A program made the position numbers and the translations under genes. Of a stretch of DNA of 64,000 bases, positions 1 to 20,174 are shown one piece after another. Position 1 is the first letter of the stretch. Each line of letters opens with the position of its first letter. The notes under the pieces are model-generated. The model was given only the letters and a program-made list of their open reading frames with translations. It was not told the DNA's origin and made no database searches. The DNA is from the human T2T-CHM13v2.0 reference genome, Homo sapiens, in NCBI RefSeq assembly GCF_009914755.1, contig NC_060936.1. The stretch is one strand, 5' to 3'.

Positions 1-194
1 AAGAGAGTATGTCTATCATGGTTTATTGTGATTGTATTTGCTTTTAATGAATAAGTGAGCTTTTTGAGGACAGGCAAATACTCGGTGGAATGATTAGACA
101 TGCGTATTCCTGGGGCCTTCCTGTTCTCAGTCTTGAGGGGTTATGATGGGAAGGTTGGTGACCAGAAATTGTCCTTTTAGAAACAAATGTCCTT

Positions 195-630
195 TTAGAA
201 ACTATCCTAAATGTCCATCAACAGGTCAATGGAGATACAAAATTGTGTTATATCCTTACAACGAAGGATTACTCAACAAAAAAGAGAAAAGGAACAAACT
301 ACTGATACATGCTATGACATGGACAGACCTCAGAATCATTATAGTGAGTGGAAGAAGCCAGACACAAGCAACCATAGATTGTATGATTCTATTTACATGA
401 AATGTCCAGAAAAGGCAAATCTATAGAGATAGAAAGTAGATTAGTTGTTGCAGGATATGGGATAGGAGATGAGGATTAACAGTGAAAATGAAGGATCTAG
501 TTGGGGTGGAAATATTCTAAAATTGCTTTCTGGTGATGGTTACACAACTTGGTAAATTTATAAGAATCTGAATTGTCCACTTGAAATGGGTGAATTATTT
601 GAAATGCAAAATATGTCTCAGTAAAGTATG
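195..630 (+). mobile_element. Old L1M (L1MC/ME-type) 3' end fragment
   Basis: AAATGTCCATCAACAGG...GAAGCCAGACACAA...AAATCTATAGAGATAGAAAGTAGATTAG, typical of old L1 3' UTRs. Confidence 0.75.
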
Positions 631-635
631 TGTGG

Positions 636-716
636 GGAGAAAGAGGGAGGGAGGGAGGGGGAGACAGAGAGAGAGAGCAAGAGAGAGAGAGAGACAAAGA
701 GAGAGAGAGAGAGAAA
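636..716. repeat. GGGA/(GA)n purine-rich simple repeat
   Basis: Seen directly. Confidence 0.9.
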
Positions 717-719
717 AGG

Positions 720-940
720 TTGGAGCCAGGCTGTTTGGATCTGAAACCTGGCTCTGCTACTTACTAGCTGTATGATCTCAGGTAAGTTTAACCTCTTTTT
801 GTCTGAGTTTCCTGCCAGTAAAATTGGGGAAAATAAGAAGTTATTTACCACAGAGTCTTGCTGGGAAGATTGTGGTGATACTTAAAGAGTGCTTAACACA
901 GAGCCAGGACCCTAGAAAGAACTCAAAAGATATTAGCAAT
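720..940 (+). mobile_element. MIR SINE
   Basis: GGCTCTGCTACTTACTAGCTGTATGATCTCAGGTAAGTT...GAGTTTCCT matches the MIR core. Confidence 0.8.
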
Positions 941-1548
941 ATTTAGCCTACCAAGGATTCAGCACGGACTTAGTTGAACTTAATTCAAATTTTGGATAAT
1001 TTGGACAGTGGCTTGCAGAGGATATTGACTGGTCTTGTGGAAATGACTCCTGGGGAGCCTGAGAGCCTATAGCCTATGATTTGTCAGTCGCATGCAGACT
1101 GGAGGATTGGAACACAGGAGCCTCAAAGATGAAGAGTTTTTTTTCCACCGCAGCAGCATTTACAGAGGCGTCATCCTGCTGCCCATAAATGTGGCCACAA
1201 CTTGCAGCGTTTCAGCCCCAGTTCAACAAGTATTTAGGTAACGCCCACTCCCTGCCAGGCTCTGCTAGGGCAGAGGACAGGTGATTTGGAGGCACAGAGG
1301 AGGGACATCTCACCTTGCCCATGCAGTTTTCTAGAGGATTGATATCTTAGCATGACCTTAGAACCCCTAGAAGTTACCCAGTTGAAGGGGTGCAGAGAGT
1401 TACCCAGGCAGAGGGCATAGCTTGAGTAAAGCCCAGAGGCAATAGGGAGCTTGCTGAGTTCAGTGAAATGAGGATGTGGAAAGCAGAGTGACAAGAAGAA
1501 AGACTTAGGGTCCCAGGGAAAGGCCTTGTGTGCCATGATAAAGAATTG

Positions 1549-1830
1549 TATTGTAAATAGTGCTGCAATAAACATACGTGTGGATGTGTCTTTGTAGTAG
1601 AATGATTAGAATACATGGATACAGAGAGGGGAACATCACACACCGGAGCTGGTCAGGGGTTGGGGGGCAAGGAGAGGGAGAGCATTAGGACAAATACCTA
1701 ATGCATGTGGGGCTTAAAACCTAGATGATGGGTTGATAGGTGCAGCAAACCACCATGGCACATGTATACCTATGTAACAAACCTGCATGTTCTGCACATG
1801 TATCCTGGAACTTAAAGTAAAAAAAAAAAA
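1549..1830 (+). mobile_element. L1PA 3' end with 5' inversion, inserted in an L2
   Basis: 1549-1607 is antisense L1 ORF2-end sequence. 1608-1830 is sense L1PA 3' UTR with poly-A. L2-like flanks run about 1220-1545 and 1865-1920. Confidence 0.85.
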
Positions 1831-2269
1831 GTCCATCTAGAGGGAGAAAAGGGGAAAAAACAAAAATAATTTTATTTATCCTGAGGACAATGAGGAGTCA
1901 GTGGAGAGTTCTAAGCAGGTTCTAGATATCTTCCGGCTCAGAAATCTTCAATTAGATGGTCCCAAATGGCATCTACGTATCATACTTTGAGAGAGCCTGC
2001 TCTGTTGATTAGGAGCAAATAAATGTCCTCCTGGATGTATGTGGCCTGGGTTTTGCATTTGGGCTACTCAAATGCAAGTTCCTCGTGGGACCACATCCAT
2101 GCTAGTGGCTGGCTGAAAAACGGCTTCATGACTCTCATGAGGGGAATAAAAGGCATGGAGTGGTGGCTGTGAGCCTGTCTGCAGGGCCAGACCTCAGAAA
2201 AGCAAAGGGCTGTAAATGTTTCATAAATTTCTCTCTGGGTGCCTGCTCTGGCTGAGAGCCCATTCATAA

Positions 2270-2919
<650 letters not shown>

Positions 2920-4285
2920 TAAAGTTTGAATGCGAACTTTAGTTCCTTTCTGAGTAGCTTCGTATTGCCAATGTGTGAGAGACTTGGTATCACGTTTTTA
3001 AAACCACACTTTAATGAGGAGAGGATGGGTCAGATTAGATCCTTCTGGAGCCCCTTCTAGCTCCAGTAGTCTATGCCTGGAGGAAAAACAGATGCATGAA
3101 TAGTATTGGGTTGTATTAGGAAAAGATCAAGACAAATATGCTGTTTATATAGCTGGATTAGCACTTTCTGGAGATGATGATATTGCATATGGTATGTTTG
3201 GCATTGAATTAGAAAATATTTAGGGAGATAATATTTTATGTTAACTCATTAGTAATGACAAATATGCCTTGAACTGAAATAATTTTTATGTTTTTCACTG
3301 AATCCACTATAAATGAAAATTAAATATTTGCAATTTTTAGCTTATTTAATAAAATACATAAAGTGGTTCCTGATTGTATAGTTTGCAAAGAGAAGGATAG
3401 TTACACATTAATTTGAAGGAAGTAACTTAAAAAATGTCTTTGAAGCAGAAAATCTCACATAATTGCAGTGGGAAAATGTTAAGTACTATCACTGAATTGA
3501 ATGAGATTTTAGTCCAAACCAAAAAGTAAATATTTTTTAAAGTAAAATATATTAATGGAAGGAGAGTTTGCTATAAATGATTGAATTAATGTGACAGTTT
3601 AATTTATGAATTTTTATAGACATAGTAAATGCCTTCTCAAATTATATAAATGATTTCATAAGTGGTCCTTATGTGCAAGGTAAAATGACTGCTTTATCTC
3701 TCTGATATAAATAAATGTGAAAAATAACTTTGATACACTTTTTATTTGTTTGGATGATTATTTCTAATCCTGGTGAGTGAAAATGCCATCTGGTGTGTCC
3801 TTTTAACTTTTCTATTATCTCTTAAATTTAAAAACTTTTTCATTTAAATGACTATTTCCAGGCAATCTGAGATTCATCCCATTTCTTGTGTTTTAAAACA
3901 CATATGCTCCTGTCAGTGTTAAATTTTCCATGGTATCACTGTTAATATTAACTTTCCTAATAAGAAAAAAGAGTTGGACACCTTATTATTTTAGTAATTA
4001 GAAACAAAAAAGCTTCAATCAGACCTACACTGAATTAGCATGTCTAGATGAAAACCTAGCTCAGTGACAGCAGCATAAACCAGCCAAATATAGAAAAAAT
4101 TACAATAACATTTTTTTCAGAGTGTTTTATCCTTCCGTTGAGCACTCCCCAGGTAACGTCTTATTGTGTTGGCGTTCATTTGATTAGAAACGCAAAAATA
4201 ATTTTTGCATAATAAGCACGATAGCTTAATTGGCTTATTCAAGTAATGACAAAGGAATCTGGCAAAGTCAAGAATAAAAACCATA

Positions 4286-4585
4286 GGCCGGGCGCAGTGG
4301 CTCACGCCTGTAATCCCAGCACTTTGGGAGGCGGAAGTGGGAGGATCGCTTGAGGCCAGAAGTTCGAGACTAGCCTGGGGAACATAGAGAGACCATGTCT
4401 CTACAGAAATACAAAAAATTAGCCAGCATGATGGTGCATGCCTGTCATCTCAGCTTCCCAAGAAGTGGGAGTATTGCTTGAGCCCAGACATTCAAGGTTG
4501 CAGCGAGCCAAGATTGCGTCTCTGCACTCCAGCTAGGGTGACAGAGTCAGACTCTGTCTCAAAAAATAAAAAAATAAAATAAATT
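4286..4585 (+). mobile_element. Alu (J-like)
   Basis: GGCCGGGCGCAGTGGCTCAC head, dimer structure, A tail. Confidence 0.95.
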
Positions 4586-5866
4586 TAAAAACCTATGACG
4601 TTGGGCCATAGTCACCATTATAAACAGCAAACTCTGCCTTCATTTATAAAATATTTGATATAAAAATACTTAGGAATTTTCTTTTCAACCTTAAGTTTAA
4701 TTGCTTTTTGTGAAATTTGATTGCTTTTTTCAATAGGAATTATTGATCGAAGAGCCGGTTTTGCTATGTTTGATTGGAGGAGCTACATGGAGATCTTTTT
4801 GTTTACAAAATTGATTTGCTTAGGGATATAACAAAATTGGCGATTTTCCAAATTGTGTGACCTCAACCAGAAATTGGGCTATGTGTCTAGGACTGTTTGA
4901 ATAGTTTCCTCAGAACAATAGAAAAACAGCTAGCACAGTACTAGGGACAGAGAATGCACTAAACAAATGCTAGATATTGTCATGGTTGTCCTAATTGTAG
5001 AATGGCTTTAGAAAAAATAAAGCCAAGGTCAAATCCCTTTTTTCAGTGATCTATAGAGAGAAATTATTGGCAGAAGAAACGAAAACAGACATTGCTTGAG
5101 CGGTGATCCAAGTTGATCCTCAGTTCTAGTGAGGAATTATCAAGACCAGCTCTGCCACGTGTTTGGCATTAATCACAGGTGTATAAGGTAATTGTATGTA
5201 AATGACCCTGCCCAGAGCCTGGCACATACTGGGCATTTCCCTCTCATTTCACTGCTTTTCACGTAAAACCAGTTGACAGAATCCCATGTAAAAAAATCAC
5301 AAAGAACTGTTTTCTGTTTTGTAGGAGCTTTTGGAAGCTAGAAGCCCCTACATTGTAACTTAGAAGGCAATGTAAATCACAGCTGTCTAATAATGTTTGA
5401 GGCTGAGGTCATCATCTAAATGGAATTCTTGAGATGCTTTTTAATCACAGTGTTCCTCACAGTCAGGGGAGTGGCAATTGCACAGGGAAGCATTTGAGAG
5501 TTCGCACACAGGCTTGATTACAGTCAGGCATGATTAGCTTTCCTGGAAAACAGTCATTGATAAGAAGCAGCTGAGCAATTAATCAGCTAAAGGTAAAATA
5601 ATATTTTAGAAGTGCAGGAAGAAAGAAGATGCACTCATTTATAGTTTAGTATTGAATTATATAGATGACATAGAAAGCATTAAACTTGGAAACTAATGTC
5701 CAGAAAGTGACATGCAGATTTGTTCAATTTAAATTACAATTTATGTGTCCTTTAATTGTTCATGTCTAAAAAACATAACAGTGACAAAACAGTATCTTTC
5801 AGACACTGTAAACTCATTTAATTCTATTAAAATCCCCATGAAGAGGGGATTACTATAATTACAACT

Positions 5867-6024
5867 TTTCTTTTTTTTGGGATAGGGTCTCACTCTGTTG
5901 CCTAGGCTGGAGTGCAGTGATGTGATCATAGCTCACTGCAGCCTCAAACTCCTGGCCTCAAGCCATACTGCCTCCTTGGCCTCCCAAAGTGCTAGGATTA
6001 CAGGCATGAGCCACAGCATCTAGC
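5867..6024 (-). mobile_element. FRAM-type Alu monomer inside a MIR
   Basis: Poly-T plus single monomer. MIR text TTTTACAGATGAGAAAACTGAGGCACAGAGAGG follows. Confidence 0.85.
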
Positions 6025-6983
6025 AATAATTTTACAGATGAGAAAACTGAGGCACAGAGAGGTTAAATAGCTTGCCCAAGGTCACACAGCTATAAATGGA
6101 AGAGCTAGGTTTCAAACCAGATGTTCTATGCCCATCATTCTTAATCACTACATTATGTTACCCCTGTAATCAAGTGTCTTTCCTCTTCCCACTCACTGTC
6201 TTGATATTGGGCCACTTATTTAGGTTTAGGGAGGTCTACTTGGACTGCAATGTAGCCAGCAACTTCTGGATCTGCTGTCAAGTGTGGGCTATTCTCCTAA
6301 TCAGTTGCATCTTTATTGAAGGCTTTCTCCAAGGGAGGCTTAAGGGGAGTCTGGTCTCCTTACAAGTATGTCTATCTTCCCTTTAAATGAAACTAGTCCC
6401 TGCATCGTGTCTGTCTTCAGCATTCAGGAGTGTGCCAGATATGCACTTCCTGCTCCATCAACAAAGGTGAGTGTGTTAAAGCTTGCTCTGAGATCAGGTG
6501 ATCCTGGGTTCCAACTGCTGCAACATCCTTTACTTCCCTGCCTGCATGACCTCAGGCAACTTGGCTGCAATGGGGTGACTCTAGGAAACCAAGTCAGATC
6601 ACATCTCACCCCTGCTCAAAACTACCTCACTCAGAGTTAAAGCCAGTGCCCTTTCAATGGCCTTCAAGGTCCTCTGTGATCTAGGACTTTTGGAAGGCTC
6701 TCTGAGTTCATCTGTGACATTTTCCTGCCTCACTCTACTCTGGATTCACCGGCCTCCTGGCTCTTATTAGAACTCCCCAGATTCACTCCTGTCCCGGCTT
6801 TCGCCCTGTTTCTTTTGCTTAAATGCTTTCCTCCCAGATAGCCTGATGGCTCATTCCCTCGCTTTCTTCAAGTATGTGCTCAAAGATCCCCACTTTCCTG
6901 GCCATTCTATTTAAACATGAAGCTCACCTGCCCTCCTCCTCCTGCCCTCTTCTCTGTCCCTCTTTCCTGCTTTACTTCACCTC

Positions 6984-8070
<1,087 letters not shown>

Positions 8071-8794
8071 GCCCACCCACTGCACCGCTCAGATCAACTT
8101 GCTTCTCACATGAAGTTCACTCCATCCAGGTACAGCTTCTCCAAGACTCTATGGTTGTAATTCCTGAGGAGCCTTCCAAAGAAGAGTTATTAAGACAGAC
8201 TCCAGGCCCCACTGTGATGACTGGTCCCTCCTCTCCACCCCTTTTTGATTTCCCTCACTTCTGTTTGCTTGTCTGATGGGTTGCCCCAGATCTTCATCCC
8301 TGAGAGGTCTAAATCCCTGGTTAACATAACCTCACCAGGTCATGGTTGCTGTATTTGCCCACTGACAGTTAAAAACTAGCCAAGGCAGTATCAGGAGATG
8401 TCCCAGCAGATCATCTGGGTGCCAAACATATTTCTTCCTGCTCCCATGATGAAGCGACAGTTCTGATTCCTCCTGAAGATTAGGATCCATGACCCTTATC
8501 ACTGTAGTGACTTCTTACCATGTCTTCTGGTCTTGGCACGAGGACCCCAAAGTGACTGAGCAGCAGTCGTAACCATATGTTGACTAGGATTTCCATTGTG
8601 TTCCTAAATGGAAGAATTCTTCCTTGTGAATCGGGATTTCTAGCTCCTCAGAGCCTAAGCTGAAGAGATGAGATATTCCTCAGGTGGGTTACTGGGAATG
8701 ATGGCGAGTGGGGCCACTCCTTCTCTCATGCCTTGTTTCTTTGACCTGTGTGTTCTGCCCACTGGGCACACAGCACCATATCATAACTGTTGGG

Positions 8795-9071
8795 TTTTTT
8801 GTTTGTTTGTTTGGGATGGAGTCCCACTCTGTCGCCCAGGCTGGATGCAGCGGCTTGATCTCAGCTCACTGCAACCTCTGCCTCCTGGGTTCAAGCAATT
8901 CTCCTGCCTCAGCCTCCTGAATAGTGGGATTACGGGCACCCACCACCATGCCCGGCTAATTTTGTATTTTTAGTAGAGATGGGGTTTCGGTATGTTGGTC
9001 AGGCTGGTTTCAAACACCTGACTTCAAATGATCCACCCGCCTTGGCCTCCCAAAATGCTGGCGTTACAGGT
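8795..9071 (-). mobile_element. Alu, slightly 5' truncated
   Basis: Antisense Alu with TSD CATAACTGTTG. Confidence 0.95.
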
Positions 9072-9184
9072 GCATAACTGTTGATTTATGGAATATACTG
9101 CATCCTGGAAGATAGCACCTTACCCTCCCAGGGTTTCATCTCCAAGCTGATGTCGCAGCTGCATCTTTAAGAAGCTTCTTCAGA

Positions 9185-9495
9185 GGCCAGGTGCCATGGC
9201 TCACACCTGTAATCCCAGCACTTTGGGAGGCCAACGCAGATGGATCATTTGAGGTCAGGAGTTGGAGACCAGCCTGGTCAACATGGTGAAACATATATTT
9301 TCTACTAAAAATACAAAAAATTGCCAGGCGTGGTGGTGGGCACCTGTAATCCCAACTACTCAGGAGGCTGAGGCAGGAGAATTGCTTGATTAAACCCAAG
9401 GGGGAAGAGGTTGCAGTGAGCTGAGATAGAGCCACTGCACTCCAGCCTGGGTGATAGAACAAGATTCCATCTCAAAAAAAAAAAAAAAAAAAAAA
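9185..9495 (+). mobile_element. Alu (S-like)
   Basis: Full dimer, TSD AAGCTTCTT. Confidence 0.95.
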
Positions 9496-12400
9496 GCTTC
9501 TTTAGCTCTGGCAGGCTGTCAGCTTCTGGATGGTGTGGTATATGGTGGGGCTTGTGCATCCCATTGTCATGTGCCCACTGCTATGCCATCTTCACCATAA
9601 ATTGGGTGTTTTGGTCTGAAAAAATGTGATGTGAGATCCCATGTTGAGAAATCAGACACTGAATCCTCAGATAGTGATGTTGGCTGAGACTTGTAGTCTG
9701 AATAGGCAAACTCATACATGGAATATTTCAACCCCAGTCAGGATGAATTGCTACCCTTTCCAGGATGGAAGGGGTCTGTTACAAACAACTTCTGACCAAG
9801 AGACTGGTTTGTCCCCTCAGGAATTGTGCCATCTCAGGGGCTCAGCATTAGTCTTGTTGCTGACCGCAGCAGGAGCTAGCTCAGTCCTGGTGAGTGGGAG
9901 CTCCGACATAGCCTCCATCCCTGCTGCCATGGTTACTCTGTTCATAAGTGCACTGCTCTAGCACTGGGTGGCTGAGGACGGAAGCTAGCTGACATCAACT
10001 GGCCAAGTCAGCCTGCCTATCGTCTGTTTTGTGCCTCTTCCAAGTGGCATGTGATAATGTGCAATCAGGAGAGCTCATACTAGGCATCCACTCATAGATT
10101 GATCCACATCTCTTCCCCAGATCTTTTTCCCAGTCCTCCAATATTGCTTTAAATGTCCCCTGACCTCCAGTGAGGTCATTCACCACTGCCTATGAGTCCA
10201 TGTATATCCTTACCTTTGAATGTTTCTCTTTTCATACAAAATGTGTGGCCAGGAGACTGCTCAAAACTCTGCCTATTGGGAGGCTTTCCCCCTCACTGTC
10301 CTTCAGGGCCATCCCTGGGTGGGCTGAAGTATAGCAGCAGTCCATTTGCAACATGCTCTAACATACCAAATTGACCAGCTCTGGACCAAACTAAGTTTTT
10401 TTTCCTCCTGTAATTTGTTCACAGGTGTGAGCTCATGGAGAGGCATTGGTATAGTAGATATAGGTCAGGTGGAAAACTGGCCCCTCTGACATGGGATTAC
10501 TTGTGTCCTGTGGCCCTGCTGGTGTTAGATTCCAGATGGACCACTTCCGTCTTATGATGGACAGTTGGACTTCTCAGGTCTGATAGAACCTAGCTCCTGA
10601 TGGGTCGTTTTGGCTGCATGGTCTCTTGATATTCCATGGTCAGATGCTGTGTCTCCACCAGGACTCAGTAACATGCCATGAGATGTTTTTTGTCTGTTGT
10701 ATATTTCTCTACTATAGATGACAAGGCCTTGTCCCAGAATCCTAAGGCTCTATGCTATATTTCTCCTATTGAGTTTTGCCAGAAACCTCATATAGTGTCT
10801 TTTCCTATTCAGATGACTTTAGTACCAAGGGTATGCTGGAGAATACAGCCCTAGTGGCAAGATCACCCTTATTGCAGCCTAGACTTGCTACAGAACATTT
10901 TCTTGTTTTTGGATTTCATTAAAAACCAGCAGCCTTTTATGTCATGGAATAAGTGGGTTAGAACAATATTCCCAAGTGTTGAATACACTGCCTCAAAAAC
11001 CCAAAGAGGTCTGCCAACCATTGTGCTTCTTCCTTAGTGGCAGGAAGTTCAAAGCACCATAACTTTTCCTTCACTTTGAAGGGAATGTTCTGGAATGTCT
11101 CAAACACTAGACTCCTGTGAACTTCGCCCACGTGATGGACCTGTGATCTTTGTAGCAATTATTTCTGGAGCACACATGTCTTACTGAGGCATCCAGAGTA
11201 CTTGTCAATTCTTGCTCCTGAGGTCTAAATAACATAATGTCATCTATTGGTCATAATAGATCAATGTGATGTTCTGCAGCAGGTCCAGAAGGTCTCTCTG
11301 ACTATATTATGAGAGAGAACAATCCACGGATATATACTGTCATTCATCTCATGTCATTGTGAATTTCTTAGCCTCCTTTCTAATGGATATGGAAAGAATG
11401 CACCAGATCAAGACAGGCAAGCTATGTACATGAGTTAAGAGTGTGGTAGTTCCCTGTCATCCACCGTGATCCCTTCTTTTTTTTTTTTTTTTTTTTTTCA
11501 GGGGGTAGGCTGGTGAATTACCTTGGGATCCAATGGGGGCTACCACCCCTGCATCCTTTAAATCTCTGAAGGTGCAATAATCTCTGTCATTCTGCATAAT
11601 ATAATACTGTTTTTGATTTATCTTCTTACACAGGGATGACAGTTTTAAGGACTTCCATTTGACTTTTTTCTATTACAATAGCTTTTATTCTACAAGTCAA
11701 GGAACCACGGAAAGCGTTTTCCAAATGCTAGGTGTCTCTCTTCCAATTATACATGTGGGAATTATACATGGGGGAATGACCACTGGATGGGTCCATGGAC
11801 ATGAACTCACTATGAGACGATCCTGTGCCAGGACTCCACTTATTACCTGACCCTTATAAGCCCCACTCTAATGGAGGAAGAATAGTGCTATAAATCTCTG
11901 AGTATCAACATCAATTTGCCCCTTTATCCAAAAGTCTGCAAAAGATAGAGGTATTTCTCTTTCTTCAGTGTATGTTTACCCAAATTAATGGTGGTAGAGT
12001 CCTTTGGGGAAGGACTGTGGGCATCATGACTGCATTTCCTTCTGTGGTGTTGCAGGTTCCTTAGTCACGGAACCTTCGGTCTTCTCCTTCAGTCTTTGGA
12101 TTCTGGCCTAGAAACTGGGCAAGAGAGTGTGACTTTCCACTGGGGTGGCCAGCCTCAGCCTACTGCCCATTCATCAGCTCTTTATCTTTTCTGGTTTTAT
12201 GTATATGAAGCAATACCCTTATTGGCTGCCCATTTTATTTTTGTTCCTTGGAGCACCATGTTCTGTGAGTCATCTCTGAGATTCCTATGGGCTGATTCCC
12301 TAACTGTAGTTCTGAATTTTCTGCCCTTACCTATGATGGTTAAGTGCTCCCAATCATCCCAATTGCCACTGGTTCTGGAGCAGCACCTTCTACTGTGAGC

Positions 12401-12959
12401 CTCAGCCAGCAGAGGACAGCAGCTTCTGAGCATCAGTGGTGCCTGTGGCCCCATCACCACTGCATTCCTTATTATCTTAAGAGCAGGAGTATTCCTCAGG
12501 CCTCCTGAGAAATATAGTTCGTTTGTGGGTTTTCTGGTCTTATATAGAAAATCCATTCCTGCATAGTCATTTATTTGAGGCTTTTGATCTTTCTTTATAA
12601 TCTGCTGTAACAGTTCCCAACATTTCTCATTTTTAAAGAAAATAAGTTAAAGAGAGACCTTTTAATTGATCAAGAGTGTGATCAACATTAAAGATATAAC
12701 AATTATGGAATTCTTATATTCCAAATAATAGAGATCAAAACTTTACTTAAAGGAATAGAAGATAGCCAATTTAATTATCAGTAATTCATCGCTATGACTG
12801 GTTCAAATTCAGCAATTTTTATACCAGGCATTAAAAAATGAAATAGGCTTGTAAATTAGGTTTATATAACAATGAAGGAAAAGAGAGGATGTAGACCTGG
12901 ACCAACCAAAATAAGGACACTCTTGTGGCCTTAGGCATTCTCTCCTGGAATGGATAATT

Positions 12960-13275
12960 TTTTATTCTTTTATTTATTTATTTATTTATTTGAGACAGGG
13001 TCTCACTCTGTCACCTAGGCTGGAGTGCAGTGGCACAATCATACCTCACGGCAGCCTCAACCTCCCAGGCTCAAGTGATCCTCCCACCTCAGCCTCCTGA
13101 GTAGCTGAGACTACAGTTGCGAGCCACCATGCTTGGCTAATTTTTAAAATATTCTGTAGAGACGAAGGTCTCGCTATGTTGCCTAGAATGGTCTCGAACT
13201 CCTGGGCTCAAGCCATCCTCCCACCTCAGCCTGCCAAATTGCTGGGATTACAGGCGTGAACCCCTGTGCCCAGCT
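12960..13275 (-). mobile_element. Alu (J-like)
   Basis: (TTTA)n tail, antisense dimer. Confidence 0.95.
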
Positions 13276-13504
13276 TTCAAGTTATTTTTTTTAAAAGTCA
13301 TGGTGGCCATATCCTGTATCTCTGTGTATAATGTAATAATGACTAGAAATTAGTACAGAATTATATTTTAAAAGTCACCAGGCTACTCTGGACATATCTA
13401 TTTTGTTTAAGTTTCCAAGAACCGTATTAGCAGTTTATCAGGATCATTTCTCTTAAGGCCTTTGCCGGGATGTTAGACCCTGTGTCATGGGACCATGCCC
13501 CCTT

Positions 13505-13950
13505 TATTAGTTTCCTAGGGCTGCTGTAACAAAGTACCACAAACTAGGTAGCTTAAAACAACAGAAACTTATTCTCTCACAATTCTGGAGACCAGAAGTC
13601 CAAACCCAAGGTGTTGGCAGGGCCAAGCTCCTCCTGAAGGCTCTTAAGGAGGCCTCATGCTTGCCTCTTGCTGGCTGCTGGTAGCTGCTGGGAATCCCAG
13701 GCGTGCCTTGGCTTGTGGATGCATTGCTCCAATTGCTGCATTTGTTGTCACATGGTCTTCTCCCCTGGTGTCTGTGTCTATGATTTCAAATTCCCCTCTT
13801 CTTATAAGGACACCAGTCATGAAATCAATCTATTATGACCTCATGTTAACTTGATTACATCTGTGAAGACTCCATTTCCAAATAAGGCTACATTCACAGG
13901 TATCGGGGGTTAGAACATCAACATATCTATTTTGGAGGACAGAATTCAAT
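13505..13950 (-). mobile_element. MLT1 (MaLR) solo LTR
   Basis: TATTAGTTTCCTAGGGCTGCTGTAACAAAGTACCACAAACT terminus. Confidence 0.85.
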
Positions 13951-14412
13951 CTACCTCCCATATTGATGAACTCTCCCTTATCCAACTTTATTACCCTACT
14001 CCCTCCAAATCTAGTACATTCAGGATCCATTCCCGGGCATACTTTCCTGCTTCTTGATGTAAATGTTCATCAGATTCTACGACTCCTGCTCCCAGTATCT
14101 TTTCTTAGCTCAAAAGTGTATTTTCTCATCTAAAGTTTATATTCTCTCCTTTTACAACTTCTCCCAAGTACTTTTACAACAATCAAATTTTCTAAGTGCT
14201 TCTTAAAGGTTAGTAAGGCCTATAGATTCAATACCTACAGAGTAAAGCAACCATATTATATATTTTGACATAGACACACTACATATTAACACATAGAAAT
14301 AGGCTCCACTTCTGCAAGGAAATATGTTGTATCATTCAAAGTTCTTAGTTGCAATCAACAGAATACACTCTAGCTAAAGTGGAATGAAATTTCGTAAAGA
14401 ATGTTAAGAATT

Positions 14413-14866
<454 letters not shown>

Positions 14867-15519
14867 TTATATTGATGACTTGTTCCAGAAATTCTGCCAC
14901 AGCAGTCACAGAGGAGCCAGTTGCCTCTGTTGCATTTGAAACCATCTGCACTGCCATTCCCCTGCATGCTGTATCCTCTTCTTGTTCTGTCCCGTATCTA
15001 AATCTCATTCAAGTGCTTTGGATTTAGCAGAGTCCACCTCTCATGCCTGCATTGTAGCTGCAAGAGAGCCTAGGAAAAGTAGGTGTTTTTTTTGTTTTTG
15101 TTTTTGTTGTTTTTTATTTTGTTTTGTTTTTGCTGCTCCAGCAAGATTCAAAATATCAAGAATTCATTAAGATATTGGACAGCTATAAATGATGGTTGTC
15201 TGCTACATATGTGTGCTACTAGTCTAATTTTTATTTTTCAACTTTTGATACAGACATGGGTACAAAACATATTTTTCTAATGTCTTGATTTTAACTACTA
15301 GAAAAGTAACAGTGCAAGTATAACGTTAAATGGCAACTGAGCTCACTATGGAAGTGACAATAGGGAGTGGTGGGGACTGTGGTAAATTGAGAGCCAATTG
15401 TAGCCATGACAGAGTGAGAGCTTGATTATTTCAGGTCTTCAGATTTTTCAAAATGAACAAGAAATCCAAAGTTTTATATGTTTGCTTGTTTCTGCTTTTT
15501 TGAGCTATCTCCTGATATT

Positions 15520-19306
<3,787 letters not shown>

Positions 19307-19731
19307 AAATCAGTGGCTATTTACTTAGCACCTATGCTGCTGAATGAAAATGACTCTAACTCCATGTGAGAAGTGTTCTAACAGAGGAATGTATAAAATG
19401 CCAAGGAAACACCAGGGATGGCAGAGACCCTAACGTTCAGGCAATGTCTATTCATTTATTGGTGATAATGTGTTAGTCTTTGTAGGGTCGGCTCATGTAT
19501 CTCTGTGAGATAAATATTTATTGTACAGAAGAGGATATGTGAGATTCAGAGAGGCCAGGTTATTTGCCCCCAGGTCACACAGCTCGCGTATCAGTGGCAG
19601 AGCTGGAAATCAAATCCAGGTTATCTGACTGCCCAGAAGCCTGGTGTGTTCCATGATACAGGGTGAGGGGGTTCTGTCTTCCTCTGTGAGCTAGGCTATA
19701 CAAGAAATGGCCTGCTATTTGAATGCTTTTA

Positions 19732-20174
<443 letters not shown>

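Larger units (their letters stand above)
8071..12650 (-). mobile_element. Decayed ERVL-class internal region (gag-pol remnants)
   Basis: Minus-strand peptides: IPFKVKEKL...PATKEEAQWLADLFGFLRQCIQHLGIL (ERVL RT thumb), IDDIM near 11235-11250, IYMDS*AVVNDL (RNase H), and gag-like text at 12197-12556. Confidence 0.85.

Noticed and set aside
958-973. TTCAGCACGGACT resembling REST/RE1
   Set aside because: Half-sites are collapsed and both incomplete; spacing is incompatible with the canonical motif.
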